Shown here piece after piece: positions 47,647-57,156 of a DNA stretch of 64,000 bases. Every line of letters starts with the position of its first letter. Position 1 is the stretch's first letter. This DNA is from Isoptericola halotolerans (GTDB lineage Bacteria > Actinomycetota > Actinomycetes > Actinomycetales > Cellulomonadaceae). The position numbers and the translations under genes are program-made. The notes under the pieces were generated by a model. That model was not told the origin of the DNA. It made no database searches and saw only the letters and a list, made by a program, of their open reading frames with translations. Location: positions 620,001-684,000 of the forward strand of contig NZ_JABEZU010000002.1 in NCBI RefSeq assembly GCF_013149785.1, written 5' to 3'.

Positions 47647-48849
47647 TCAGCGGGTCAGGCGGGCGGAGAGCGCCACGGGCAGCGCGGACCGGGCCACCGA
47701 CCACAGGTGCCGTGGCCGGGACCAGGGCACGACGGCGTCGCGCGGGGCGAGCGTCCCGGCCCGGGAGCTCTCGGCGAGCTCGCGGACCGCTCCGGCGAGC
47801 TCGTCGCCGGTGTGCAGGTAGCCGTCCTCGCACCAGGCCCGGTCCGGTGTCGGCCCGCCGGCGCGCAGCGTGGCGGCGACCTCGTCGAGGCGGCGCAGGC
47901 AGCCTGACCCGGTGTAGGCCTCGTTGAGCTGTTCCGGCCCCACCCCGAAGTCGGTGAGGAACACGGTGGGCAGCCCCCGGGCCAGCGACTCCAGCGCGGC
48001 GGTGGAGCTGACGGTGAGCAGCGCGGTCCCCGGGGTGAGGTGGTCGCCCATGGGCCCGACGGCGAAGCCCACCGTGTCGGCGGACCTGCCGAGCCGACGG
48101 TGCTCCGTGGCCCACAGGGTGTCGAGCGGGTACGGCTCGTTGTGCGTCTGGCGTTCTCCGGCGCGTGCCCGCAGCTTGACGGTCACCTCGAGACCGTCGT
48201 CGGCGAGCCGGGCCAGACCGTCGAGCAGCGCGACCCTGTCCTCGCGGGTCGCGGGCACCTTCGCCTGGGCGGCGAGCACCACCCGGTGCGGGACGCCCTG
48301 CGGCGGGGTGCCCGTTGCACGGGTGCCCGCCGGCGGGTCGAGGAACGGCAGCCGGGACAGCACGATCCGTGGGTCGGCGTCGTGCCGGGCGAACGCGTCG
48401 CGGTAGGGGGCGGCCTCTCGCCGCCCGTGCACCACGAAGGCGTCGGTCCAGCGTCGCCAGCCCGTCCCGCGATCGGTCGCGGGCAGCGCCATGCCGGGCA
48501 GCCCGGTGACCAGGGCCGGCCGGTGCCCGTGCCGGGTGGCGCGCAGCACCCGGTGGGCGACGAGCTCGGCGACGGGGCCGGTGGCGGCGACCAGCACCAC
48601 GTCGGGCAGGTGGGTGCGCACGTACCGGGTGAGCGCTCCTGGCGTGAGCACGGACGGTGGGTGCAGGCCGGTGCCGGCGACGGCGGCTCGTGCCTGCTCG
48701 GCCGTGGGGGCCAGCGGTGAGCGGAGGACGACGACGGCGGGCTCGACGACGGGCTCGCCGTCGTGATCCCGCAGCCGGGCGAGGCTCCATGCCGCCCACT
48801 TGAGGTAGGAGTCGGCGTCGGCGACCGCGAGGACGCGCACGCGACTCAT
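47647..48849 (-). CDS. Putative glycosyltransferase (DUF6716-like)
   Basis: VLAVADADSYLKWA, LVTGLPG, AAQAKVP, VKLRARAGERQTHNE, TVSSTAALE. Confidence 0.7.
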   Translation of the reverse strand: MSRVRVLAVADADSYLKWAAWSLARLRDHDGEPVVEPAVVVLRSPLAPTAEQARAAVAGTGLHPPSVLTPGALTRYVRTHLPDVVLVAATGPVAELVAHRVLRATRHGHRPALVTGLPGMALPATDRGTGWRRWTDAFVVHGRREAAPYRDAFARHDADPRIVLSRLPFLDPPAGTRATGTPPQGVPHRVVLAAQAKVPATREDRVALLDGLARLADDGLEVTVKLRARAGERQTHNEPYPLDTLWATEHRRLGRSADTVGFAVGPMGDHLTPGTALLTVSSTAALESLARGLPTVFLTDFGVGPEQLNEAYTGSGCLRRLDEVAATLRAGGPTPDRAWCEDGYLHTGDELAGAVRELAESSRAGTLAPRDAVVPWSRPRHLWSVARSALPVALSARLTR

Positions 48850-49874
48850 GCGACGGAGCGAGAACCGTGCCGGCCGGCGGTGCTGCGAGGTCCGGCGGCG
48901 CGCGCGAGGTGCGCGGCGAGGCCGAGGTGGTCGCGCAGCGCGGGCGTGGCCCGGGTGGTCCACCACGCGTCCGGCACGTCCTGCGGCAGCACGGCGACCC
49001 CGCGGGGCGTGAGGAGCCGGGTGAGGGTGACGGCAGAGGTGGACGGCAGCGACACGACCCGCTGGTCGGGACGGAGACCCCGCAGCCGCAGCTCGACCGG
49101 GGCGCCGGGGTCGTCCACCCGCACCCCGGGCAGCTGCTCGAACAGGGCGGTCACCAGCGTGTCGTGGCGGCGGTGCGGGATGTAGCGCACGGGGCCGTCG
49201 GCGGCGAGGCCGGTCAACCAGGCGGCGTACTGGTCGGCGTGGACGAGCCGGTCGGCGACGAGACCGGAACCGACCACGACGGTCGGCTCGTCGACGTCGG
49301 ACGAGGCGTCGTCGGCGGGCCGGGAGGCCAGCCAGCCGAAGGCGTGGCCGACGACGTCGACCCCGAGAGCGGTCAGCGCACCGGTGAGCTCGTCGTCGAG
49401 CGGGAGCATGGTGCACAGGGTGAGGCGACCGGCCCGCGCCAGGCGCCGCAACCGGCGCGTGGTGAGCATGCCGAGGGTGTGGCGCAGCGGCCCGGCCGGG
49501 GCGGTGAGACGGATCATCGGCGCGGCGTCGACGAGGCGCCGCGCGACGTCGAGGGTGGCCAGGCCGTCGTCGACGACCACGAGCCGCCCTACGGTGCGGC
49601 TGCGGGCCAGCGCGGTCTGGAACACGCCCGAGAAGGGGTCGCCGACCAGGTGCACGGGGGCGTCGTCCAGGGTGCGGCTCGTGGGCCCGACGGTGACGTC
49701 GAGGCCGTCGGGCAGCCCGAGGTCGCGGACGGCGCCGACGGCGGTGGCGAGCGTCGGGACGTCCGAGCGGGCCACCACCCGGGTGCGGTCGCCGGGCGGG
49801 GTGCGCAGGTGTCCGTCGGCGAAGGCCTCGACGGCGCACAGCAGCTGCAGCGGGGACTCGACCAGGGCGCTCAC
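48846..49874 (-). CDS. GT-B/sialyltransferase-like conserved protein of actinobacterial neu clusters
   Basis: VESPLQLL, VGDPFSG, VVDDGLAT, YIPHRR, SLPST. Confidence 0.65.
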   Translation of the reverse strand: MSALVESPLQLLCAVEAFADGHLRTPPGDRTRVVARSDVPTLATAVGAVRDLGLPDGLDVTVGPTSRTLDDAPVHLVGDPFSGVFQTALARSRTVGRLVVVDDGLATLDVARRLVDAAPMIRLTAPAGPLRHTLGMLTTRRLRRLARAGRLTLCTMLPLDDELTGALTALGVDVVGHAFGWLASRPADDASSDVDEPTVVVGSGLVADRLVHADQYAAWLTGLAADGPVRYIPHRRHDTLVTALFEQLPGVRVDDPGAPVELRLRGLRPDQRVVSLPSTSAVTLTRLLTPRGVAVLPQDVPDAWWTTRATPALRDHLGLAAHLARAAGPRSTAGRHGSRSVA

Positions 49875-49902
49875 GCCCTCAGGGAAGCACGGCCGGGCGT
49901 CG

Positions 49903-49935
49903 TGCGGGCGACCCGCGGGTGTCCACGGGGTGAAC
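49903..49935 (-). promoter_or_regulatory. PHO-box-like array
   Basis: Minus strand GTTCACCCCGT / GGACACCCGCG / GGTCGCCCGCA, about 30 nt upstream of the start at 49874. Confidence 0.6.
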
Positions 49936-49958
49936 GCGGGACGCCGGGCCGTTCCCCT

Positions 49959-52241
49959 CTACGGGAGCGTCGTGACGTCCGGGCCGACGAACAGGTGCAG
50001 CACCTGGTGCAGGCCGAGGCCGAACGCACGGTGGTCGGCGAGGACGACGTCGGAGAACCGGCGCCGGCGCAGCTCGTCGAGGTCGAGCACGAGGACGCTG
50101 GTGTCGAACGCCTCGAAGTCGAACACCTGCCGGGCGTGCATGGAGCGGTAGAGCTCGAACGCCACCTCGGGCCGGTCGTCCAGCGCGCGGGCCGCCCGGT
50201 ACAGGACGCCGAACCCGCTCGTGTCCCAGTGCGCGCTCGGTCGGGCACCGACGGGCCGGCCGGCCAGGTCGACGGCACCGAGGGCGGTGGCGTCGACGTC
50301 GGTCTCGCCGACCGGCACGACGACCACCCGGTCGAGGTGCAGCAGCACGCTCGGCAGGAGCATCCCGGCCCGTTGCCCGCCTCCCTTCGTCGTGGGGCCG
50401 AGGACGTCGTCCAGGGCGCCCGCGGTGTCGGGCTCGACGACCCAGACGCGGACCGGCCCGGACGCGGCCTCCTCGATCGAGCGGACCGCGTCGTCGACGG
50501 CATCGAGCTCGGAGCGGTCGGGCAGCAGGACGACGTCGGTCCCGGTCTCGGTGGTGTCCGCCTCCTGGTCGGTGGTCGTCGCCCGCTGCGAGACGGAGAG
50601 GCGCCCGGCCAGCTCGGCCGCGGGGACGGACAGCGGCGGAGGAGCGGGCTCGGCCTCGTGCCGGCGTCGGGCCTCGGCGACCTCCGGGGCGACGGTCTCG
50701 CGCCAGGCGGCGTAGACCTCGTCCGCGGGACGCCCGGCGAGGATCGCGTCGAGTGCGGGCCGCAGCCGCTCGAGCATGCCGGTGCGGATGGCCTCGAACT
50801 CTTGCGCGGAGAGGCGGAACAGGCCGTTGAACCGGACGTCGGCGTTGTGGGCGGGCCGGAAGTCGACCTCCATCCCGAGCGAGGTGGTCGGCAGGTAGCA
50901 GTGCAGGCGCTTGGTGACCACGCGGGTGAAGCTCGTGCGGTACCAGTCGAGCAGCCGGTAGGCCTCGCGCATGTTCTCGACGTAGGTGCGGTCCTTGACC
51001 TTGCGGTAGCTCTGGCGGACCTTCGTCGCACCGTCGGGCACCGGTTCGCGGACGGCGTCGACGTACACGGTGGCAGGTTCGGGGCGGGCGTCCGTCGGGG
51101 GGAAGACGGTGCTGACCGTGGTGGTGAGGCAGCCGGAGAAGAACGCGGGCACGTCGAGCGAGAGCAGCAGGTCCACGGTGGTCCAGTCCCGGCAGCCGAT
51201 CGGGCCGTGCTCGCGCAGGTAGTCCAGCACCTTCGGGGTCAGGAGCCCGCGCTTGTTGCAGTGGAACGAGACGAACAGCGGACGCAGGTTCCGGTGCGGG
51301 GGGAAGTCCCACACGCCGGTGCCGGCGAGGTCGTGCATGAACCACCCGAACTCCAGGAGCCACGTCTCGTCGGGAAAGCGCTGGAAGGTGGACCCGTCGC
51401 GGTCCACGCGGTAGAGCTCGACGTCGGTCGGCTCGTCGCCGTCGAGGTGCAGCTCGGGCCGGACGTTCCCCTGCAGCTCGGACACGAAGTCCGCCAGGTC
51501 CGGGTCGTCGCTGTGGAAGCGCAGGTTCGTCCGGCGGGCCAGGTGGCCCATCGACGCGAGGGTCTGGACGTGGTCGCCGATGTTCTGCGAGGACTTCCCC
51601 TTGCCGGGCTGCACGTAGTCCAGCACACCGAACGCCACCCGGCCGGCAGGGGCGGGGGCGTCCTCGTGCTCGCCCGCGCCACGCCACCGCTCCAGCCACG
51701 CGATCTCGGCGGTGCCCTCGGGCCATCGGTCCTCGTCACCCGCGTAGGTCTGGACCATCCGGTCGTGGACGGTGTGGCGCAGCTCCGGCACGCCCAGCGG
51801 GAAGAGGTGCCTCAGCACGGTGTGCCAGGTGCGGGCGCGCACGGTCAGGGACCCGTCGGCCAGCCACTCCTCGGCCCGGGCCACGCCCTGCGTCGGTTCG
51901 ACACGGAACAGGGAGTCGACGTAGGGCACGGGGGTCACGTGGGACGCGCGCTCCTCGTCGTGGCGGAAGTGGGCGAGCGCCCTGCGGTAGTGGCGCCGGT
52001 CGTGGTCGATGAGACCGGCGGCCAGGTGCGTGTCGCTCGACTCTCCCGACCGGGCCAGCTCCGCGTCCAGGAGCGCCTGCGCGGCCTCGTGGCCCTTGTT
52101 CCGGAGGGCGCGGCGAACCGTGCGCACGAAGTCGTTGCGCGAGCGGTCCGGCGGCGGGCTCGCCGGGGGAGGGGTCGGCGGCGGCACCGGATCGGGTCGT
52201 GCGGTCGCCCGTGTCAGCCTGTTCCAGATCTGTCGCAACAA
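49959..52241 (-). CDS. TPR-like + pyruvyltransferase-like + degenerate GT8 multidomain protein
   Basis: QNIGDHVQTLA, GWFMH, FVSFH, HGPIGCRD, FFSGCLT, VTKRLHCYLP; C-terminal MLLPSVLLHLDRVV...FDTSVLVLDL; TTG start with GAGGAGG RBS. Confidence 0.7.
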   Translation of the reverse strand: MLRQIWNRLTRATARPDPVPPPTPPPASPPPDRSRNDFVRTVRRALRNKGHEAAQALLDAELARSGESSDTHLAAGLIDHDRRHYRRALAHFRHDEERASHVTPVPYVDSLFRVEPTQGVARAEEWLADGSLTVRARTWHTVLRHLFPLGVPELRHTVHDRMVQTYAGDEDRWPEGTAEIAWLERWRGAGEHEDAPAPAGRVAFGVLDYVQPGKGKSSQNIGDHVQTLASMGHLARRTNLRFHSDDPDLADFVSELQGNVRPELHLDGDEPTDVELYRVDRDGSTFQRFPDETWLLEFGWFMHDLAGTGVWDFPPHRNLRPLFVSFHCNKRGLLTPKVLDYLREHGPIGCRDWTTVDLLLSLDVPAFFSGCLTTTVSTVFPPTDARPEPATVYVDAVREPVPDGATKVRQSYRKVKDRTYVENMREAYRLLDWYRTSFTRVVTKRLHCYLPTTSLGMEVDFRPAHNADVRFNGLFRLSAQEFEAIRTGMLERLRPALDAILAGRPADEVYAAWRETVAPEVAEARRRHEAEPAPPPLSVPAAELAGRLSVSQRATTTDQEADTTETGTDVVLLPDRSELDAVDDAVRSIEEAASGPVRVWVVEPDTAGALDDVLGPTTKGGGQRAGMLLPSVLLHLDRVVVVPVGETDVDATALGAVDLAGRPVGARPSAHWDTSGFGVLYRAARALDDRPEVAFELYRSMHARQVFDFEAFDTSVLVLDLDELRRRRFSDVVLADHRAFGLGLHQVLHLFVGPDVTTLP

Positions 52242-52308
52242 CGGTCCTCCTCGGATCCAGCGGGTGTCCGTCCGGCGGGCTCGGTCCCCGCGTGCCTACC
52301 ATCATGGG

Positions 52309-53787
52309 ATGTCGTTGCTCCGCGCACTACGCGACAGGCTGCGAGAACCGGACCCGGGTTCGTCCACCGCTGCCGGGAAGGTGCTGCCCGCCGGGAACCA
52401 CGTGGCGGTGACGTGGACGGTCCCCTCGGACTACGGAGGGATGACCTCGGCGATGCTGCGGCGGTCGCGCGCCTTCGCGCAGGACACCGCGTCGCCGGTC
52501 CGGATCCTGACGTTCGACCCCACGCTGGATGCCGCGGCGGCGCGGACGCGGCTGAGCCGGGCCGGTGAGCTGGTCGGAGGGACGTTGCTCCAGCACCTGT
52601 GGGAGGACCTGGCGGCCTGGCCGGACGAGGACCTCGGCGTCGAGCCGGACGCCCGGCCGGCCGTCTGGCCGCGGGCCGACGGTGGCCAGCTCTACCGCTC
52701 GGAGACGGACGAGGCGGGCAACCTCGTGCGACGGCTGCACTTCCGGCCCGACGGCACGCCGGCGGCGGTGGAGCGGGTGCGGGGCCGGGGACGTGTCGTG
52801 CGGCTCGTCGACCGCCAGGGGCGCCGAGGACGTCGGTGGACGTCGATCTGGCAGCTCTACGCCGACTGGATCGACCGGATCCTGCCGCCCGGGCCCACGT
52901 ACGTGGTGGTCGACAGCAAGTCGATGGTCCGGCCGTTCGCACGGCTCGACCGGCCGCGCACGGTGGTGGCGCACGTCGTGCACGGGGCGCACCTGCGCAG
53001 CGGGGCCACCGACCCGCACGGGCCGCTCTCCGGGAGCCGCCGGGCTCTGGTGCAGCACCTGGACGACTTCGATGCCGTGGTGCTGCTCACGGACGGGCAG
53101 CGTCGCGACCTCCTGGAGCGCGTGGGGCCGCGGGACCACGTCCACGTGGTGCCCAACAGCACCGACCTGCCGCGGGTCGACCCGGACCGGCCCCGGCCGC
53201 GAGGGGCCGGGGCGGTGATCGCCCAGCTCTCGGACCGCAAGCGGGTGGACCACGCCGTCGCGGCGCACGCCCGAGCCGTGGAACGGACCGGATCGGCGCT
53301 GCGGCTCGACGTCTACGGGGACGGTCCGCGCCGCCAGGACGTGGAAGCACTGGCCAGGACGACGCGCGGGGTCCGGCTGCACGGCTACGTGCCGCGGGCC
53401 GCCGACCGGCTGAGCGAGGCGTCGTACCTGCTCCTGACCAGCCGGAGCGAGGGGCTCCCGCTGGTGCTGGCCGAGGCCATGTCGCGAGGCTGCCTGCCCA
53501 TCGTCTACGACGTGCGCTACGGCCCGGCGGACTTCGTCACCGACGGCACCGACGGGTTCCTGGTGCCGGACGGCGACGTCGACGGAGTCGCTGCCCGTGT
53601 CGAACGGCTGCTCCGCCTCGACGACGACGCCGTGCGCCGGATGCGCCGGGCCGCACGGAGGACGGCGGAGCAGTACGCCGACGACGCCGTGGTGGCGCGG
53701 TGGGCGCAGGTCTTCGAGGCGGCGATGCGACGGGCGGACGCACGGGTGGCCGGTGGGGCCGTGCCCGTGACGTCCTCCCCGTCGTGA
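52309..53787 (+). CDS. GT4 glycosyltransferase (TagE/GtfA-like)
   Basis: YGGMTSAML, VVHGAH, RKRVDHAV, YGDGP, SRSEGLPLVLAEAMSRGC..YDVRYGP. Confidence 0.88.
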   Translation: MSLLRALRDRLREPDPGSSTAAGKVLPAGNHVAVTWTVPSDYGGMTSAMLRRSRAFAQDTASPVRILTFDPTLDAAAARTRLSRAGELVGGTLLQHLWEDLAAWPDEDLGVEPDARPAVWPRADGGQLYRSETDEAGNLVRRLHFRPDGTPAAVERVRGRGRVVRLVDRQGRRGRRWTSIWQLYADWIDRILPPGPTYVVVDSKSMVRPFARLDRPRTVVAHVVHGAHLRSGATDPHGPLSGSRRALVQHLDDFDAVVLLTDGQRRDLLERVGPRDHVHVVPNSTDLPRVDPDRPRPRGAGAVIAQLSDRKRVDHAVAAHARAVERTGSALRLDVYGDGPRRQDVEALARTTRGVRLHGYVPRAADRLSEASYLLLTSRSEGLPLVLAEAMSRGCLPIVYDVRYGPADFVTDGTDGFLVPDGDVDGVAARVERLLRLDDDAVRRMRRAARRTAEQYADDAVVARWAQVFEAAMRRADARVAGGAVPVTSSPS

Positions 53788-55065
53788 TCAGCGGGTGCCG
53801 GACGCCCTGGCGGTGACGAGCTCGTCGCGGTGCTGGACGCACTCGTCGACGAAGTCGAGGAACCGTGTGCTCGACTCGCCCCGCTCGAAGCCGAAGTAGT
53901 GGTTGCGGGCGGTGGTCCGGGCGTCGCGGTGCGGGTCCTCGGACAGGTTGCGGCGGATGATGCCGGCAAGGTCCCCCACGGTGTCGGCGTCGACGACGTC
54001 GACGGCGCCGGCGATCGGCGACTCCGAGACGAGCTGGGCCCGGTCGGTCCGCCGGTCGGTGAGCACGACGGGCGTCTGCGGGTGCAGGTAGAGGAAGTCG
54101 AGGCCGATGGAGGAGATGTCCGTGACCAGCAGGTCGACCCCCTCGAAGACGCTCAGCGGGTCGGCGTCGAACGGCAGGAGGTGCTTGCCGCCGTCGTCGT
54201 TCGCCGCCTGGACGAGCTGGAGGATCTCTTCGTGCGCGGCACCGCAGCCGGGGTCGGTGTTGTTGATGACGCGCGGGTGCGGCTTGTAGACGACGCGCAC
54301 GTCGTCCTGGGCGAGGAGGGTGCGCACGATGTCCACGCCGTAGGGGTCGAGCGAGGTGTAGTTGTTGGCGTCGTTCTCCCCGGACCAGGTGGGGGCGTAG
54401 AGGACGGTCCGGCGGCCGGAGCCGTCGGGGTGGAGGGTCGGCGCGACGTCGAGGTCGAGCTGGGGGCGGCCGCAGACGGCGAGCCGGCTCGCGTCGAAGT
54501 TGACGAGGGCGCGTCGGTGACGCTCGATCGCGGCCTGACCGGCGACGACGACGCGGTCGTACGCCTTGGCCTGGTTGGAGACCATGGAGACCTTGTCGGA
54601 CTCGCCGTGGTTGACGTGCACGTGCAGCGCGCTCTGGTAGATGAGGGACTGGAAGTTGCGCATCCCGTTGTTGACGTAGACGACCGTCTTGACCTCGACC
54701 TGGTCGTAGAGCGCGATGACGCCGTCGATGGTGCGGGCGTAGGCCACCGGGAGGTCCGTGAGCCCGCGCAGCTGGCGGGTCGTGTCCATCTTGCGGGTCA
54801 CGATGAGGAAGGGCTGGCGCTGCGCCACCTGCTCGAAGACGGGTAGCCACTGCTTGATCTGGTAGATCGTCGCCGGGGAGTCCGCGAAGTACGCCACGAC
54901 CGGCACCTGCGGCATCTGCGTCAGCGGTAGGTCGAACGGTGGTCCGCTGCCGGCGGTCGTGCGCAGGGTTCGCTTGAGTCGCGCCCCGAGGGACAGGATC
55001 GCGTTGGCGACCCCGGCGCGGGCGCGGGCGAACGGGTGACGGGCAGGGGCGCTGGTTCTCGGCAT
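53788..55065 (-). CDS. CDP-glycerol glycerophosphotransferase (TagB/TagF) family protein
   Basis: HVNHGESDK, CGRPQLD, VLYAPTW, YKPHP, LVTDISSIGLDFL. Confidence 0.85.
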   Translation of the reverse strand: MPRTSAPARHPFARARAGVANAILSLGARLKRTLRTTAGSGPPFDLPLTQMPQVPVVAYFADSPATIYQIKQWLPVFEQVAQRQPFLIVTRKMDTTRQLRGLTDLPVAYARTIDGVIALYDQVEVKTVVYVNNGMRNFQSLIYQSALHVHVNHGESDKVSMVSNQAKAYDRVVVAGQAAIERHRRALVNFDASRLAVCGRPQLDLDVAPTLHPDGSGRRTVLYAPTWSGENDANNYTSLDPYGVDIVRTLLAQDDVRVVYKPHPRVINNTDPGCGAAHEEILQLVQAANDDGGKHLLPFDADPLSVFEGVDLLVTDISSIGLDFLYLHPQTPVVLTDRRTDRAQLVSESPIAGAVDVVDADTVGDLAGIIRRNLSEDPHRDARTTARNHYFGFERGESSTRFLDFVDECVQHRDELVTARASGTR

Positions 55066-55180
55066 CGGTTCATTCCTCGGCCATGGGCCGTCGTCCTGGG
55101 GGCGGGCGGCGCTCAGTATCTCACCTTGTGGGTAGTATCAGGCGGTCGGATCCCCCTGAAGGACAGGTTCGCAACCCACC

Positions 55181-56176
55181 GTGACCTCTGAGAAGACCCC
55201 GGCCGCGGGCGCGGCCTCGCCGGGCGGCGAACGACCCCCGGCGCCGGTGCCCCCGGACCCGATCGTGCCGGCCATCTCGTCGGCCGAGCGCCTCGCGCTG
55301 GCCGAGCGGTACGGCCTGACCAAGATGGGCGTCCGGCCCCCGTTGTGGGCGTACGTCAAGGACGTCGCCTCACGCTGGGCGTTCATCCGCGTGCTCGGCA
55401 CGGCGTCGGCCTACGCTCGCAACCAGAACACCTACCTCGGCCAGCTCTGGGCCGTGCTGAACCCGATCCTCAACGCGACCGTCTACGTGCTGATCTTCGG
55501 GCTCCTGCTCGACATCGCCCGCGGCGGCGTGGAGAACGTCGTCGCGTTCATCGTCATCGGCGTCTTCCTCTTCCGCTTCGTGGAGCAGTCCGTCAACGGC
55601 GGGGCGCAGTCGATCGCGAAGCGGACCAACCTCATCCGCTCGTTGCACTTCCCCCGGGCGGTGCTGCCGATCTCGAACGTGATGTCGCACCTGACCACGC
55701 TCGTCCCGGCCCTCGTGGTCATGTGCCTCATCGTGTGGAGCTCGGGCTACATGGGGGAGAACGACCTCGTGCCGGTCACCTGGGAGTGGCTCCTGCTGGT
55801 CCCGGCGGTGGCCCTGCTGTGGATCTTCAACATGGGCCTGGCGTTCATCATGGCCCGCGTGGTGGCGATCACCCCGGACCTGGACAACGTCATCTCGTTC
55901 GTCCTGCGGTTCGCGATGTACGGCTCGGGCGTCATCTTCCCGGTGGTGCGGTACGTCCAGGAGCTGCCGGACGCCCTCCAGGTCTGGCTGGGTCCGATCC
56001 TGGAGTACCAGCCGATCGCCGTCTACCTCTACCTGGGCCGCTCGTCGTTGATGGACGAGGAGGCCTTCGTGCAGGACCCCACCATGTGGATCCTCGGCGT
56101 GATCTGGGCGATCGTGTTCTTCGTGGCCGGGTTCATCATCTTCTGGCGCGGTGAGGAGAGGTACGGACGTGACTGA
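55181..56176 (+). CDS. ABC-2 polysaccharide exporter permease (Wzm/TagG-like)
   Basis: YLGQLWAVLNP, LIRSLHFPRAVLP, multiple TM helices, FWRGEERYGR. Confidence 0.92.
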   Translation: MTSEKTPAAGAASPGGERPPAPVPPDPIVPAISSAERLALAERYGLTKMGVRPPLWAYVKDVASRWAFIRVLGTASAYARNQNTYLGQLWAVLNPILNATVYVLIFGLLLDIARGGVENVVAFIVIGVFLFRFVEQSVNGGAQSIAKRTNLIRSLHFPRAVLPISNVMSHLTTLVPALVVMCLIVWSSGYMGENDLVPVTWEWLLLVPAVALLWIFNMGLAFIMARVVAITPDLDNVISFVLRFAMYGSGVIFPVVRYVQELPDALQVWLGPILEYQPIAVYLYLGRSSLMDEEAFVQDPTMWILGVIWAIVFFVAGFIIFWRGEERYGRD

Positions 56177-57134
56177 CGACGTGACCGAGGCCGACGCCCA
56201 TCTCGACTTCGACCTGGAGGTCGAGGAGGACGACGTCGGCGAGCACGCGGAGGCGATCCCGCTCGGGGACCCGTGCCTCGTCGTGGACGACCTGCACATC
56301 GTGTTCCGGGTGTTCGGCGGCAAGAGCCGCGAGCAGGCGGAGAAGTCCGGGGCGCACGTCGAGAAGGCCGCGCCGCCGAAGAAGCCGTTCGTCAAGCGCC
56401 TCCTCGGCGCGGGACGCCAGCACGTCGGGGCGGTGAGCGAGGTGCACGCCGTGCGCGGGGTGTCGTTCACGGCGCGCCACGGCGAGTCGATCGGCATCGT
56501 GGGCATCAACGGGTCGGGCAAGTCGACGCTGCTGCGGGCGGTGACGGGACTGATCCCGCCGCACTCCGGCTCCGTCTTCGTCGACGGGGAGCCGGCGCTG
56601 CTCGGCGTGAACGCTGCGCTGATGCCGCAGATGACCGGGGCGAAGAACATCGAGATCGGTGGTCTGGCCCTGGGCATGACGCCCAAGCAGATCGACGAGA
56701 AGTTCGACGAGGTCGTGGAGTTCGCCGACATCGGCAGCTTCGTGGACCTGCCGATGAAGACGTACTCCTCGGGCATGGCTGCCCGCCTGCGGTTCGCGAT
56801 CAGCTCGGCCGCGATCCCGGACATCCTCATGGTGGACGAGGCGCTGGCCACCGGCGACGCCGCCTTCAAGGCGCGGTCCAAGGCCCGGATCGAGGAGGTG
56901 CGTCAGCAGGCGGGCACCGTGTTCCTCGTCAGCCACTCGATCTCGACCATCGAGGCGATGTGCACCCGCGTGCTGTGGATGCACCAGGGCAAGCTCGTCA
57001 TGGACGGGCCGGTCGAGGAGGTCACCGCCGCCTACCGGCAGTTCGTCCGGGCCCACCGTCAGGCGCGCTCGGGCGGCCGTGCCGGGGGTACCCGCCGCGG
57101 TCGCAACGGGGGGAAGAACAAGCGGAAGGGCTGA
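56169..57134 (+). CDS. ABC polysaccharide exporter ATPase (Wzt/TagH-like)
   Basis: GINGSGKST, YSSGMAARL, LMVDEALATGD, VSHS; GAGGAG RBS before GTG 56169. Confidence 0.93.
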   Translation: MTDDVTEADAHLDFDLEVEEDDVGEHAEAIPLGDPCLVVDDLHIVFRVFGGKSREQAEKSGAHVEKAAPPKKPFVKRLLGAGRQHVGAVSEVHAVRGVSFTARHGESIGIVGINGSGKSTLLRAVTGLIPPHSGSVFVDGEPALLGVNAALMPQMTGAKNIEIGGLALGMTPKQIDEKFDEVVEFADIGSFVDLPMKTYSSGMAARLRFAISSAAIPDILMVDEALATGDAAFKARSKARIEEVRQQAGTVFLVSHSISTIEAMCTRVLWMHQGKLVMDGPVEEVTAAYRQFVRAHRQARSGGRAGGTRRGRNGGKNKRKG

Positions 57135-57156
57135 CGGCCCTGCCCGGTGCGCGCGG

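Noticed and set aside
48867..52568. 1233-aa plus-strand ORF, and similar giants at 18666-22028, 20146-23358, 45731-48799 and 12306-14852
   Set aside because: Stop-poor alternative frames typical of high-GC DNA; Arg/Gly/Pro-rich, motif-free and overlapping well-supported genes.
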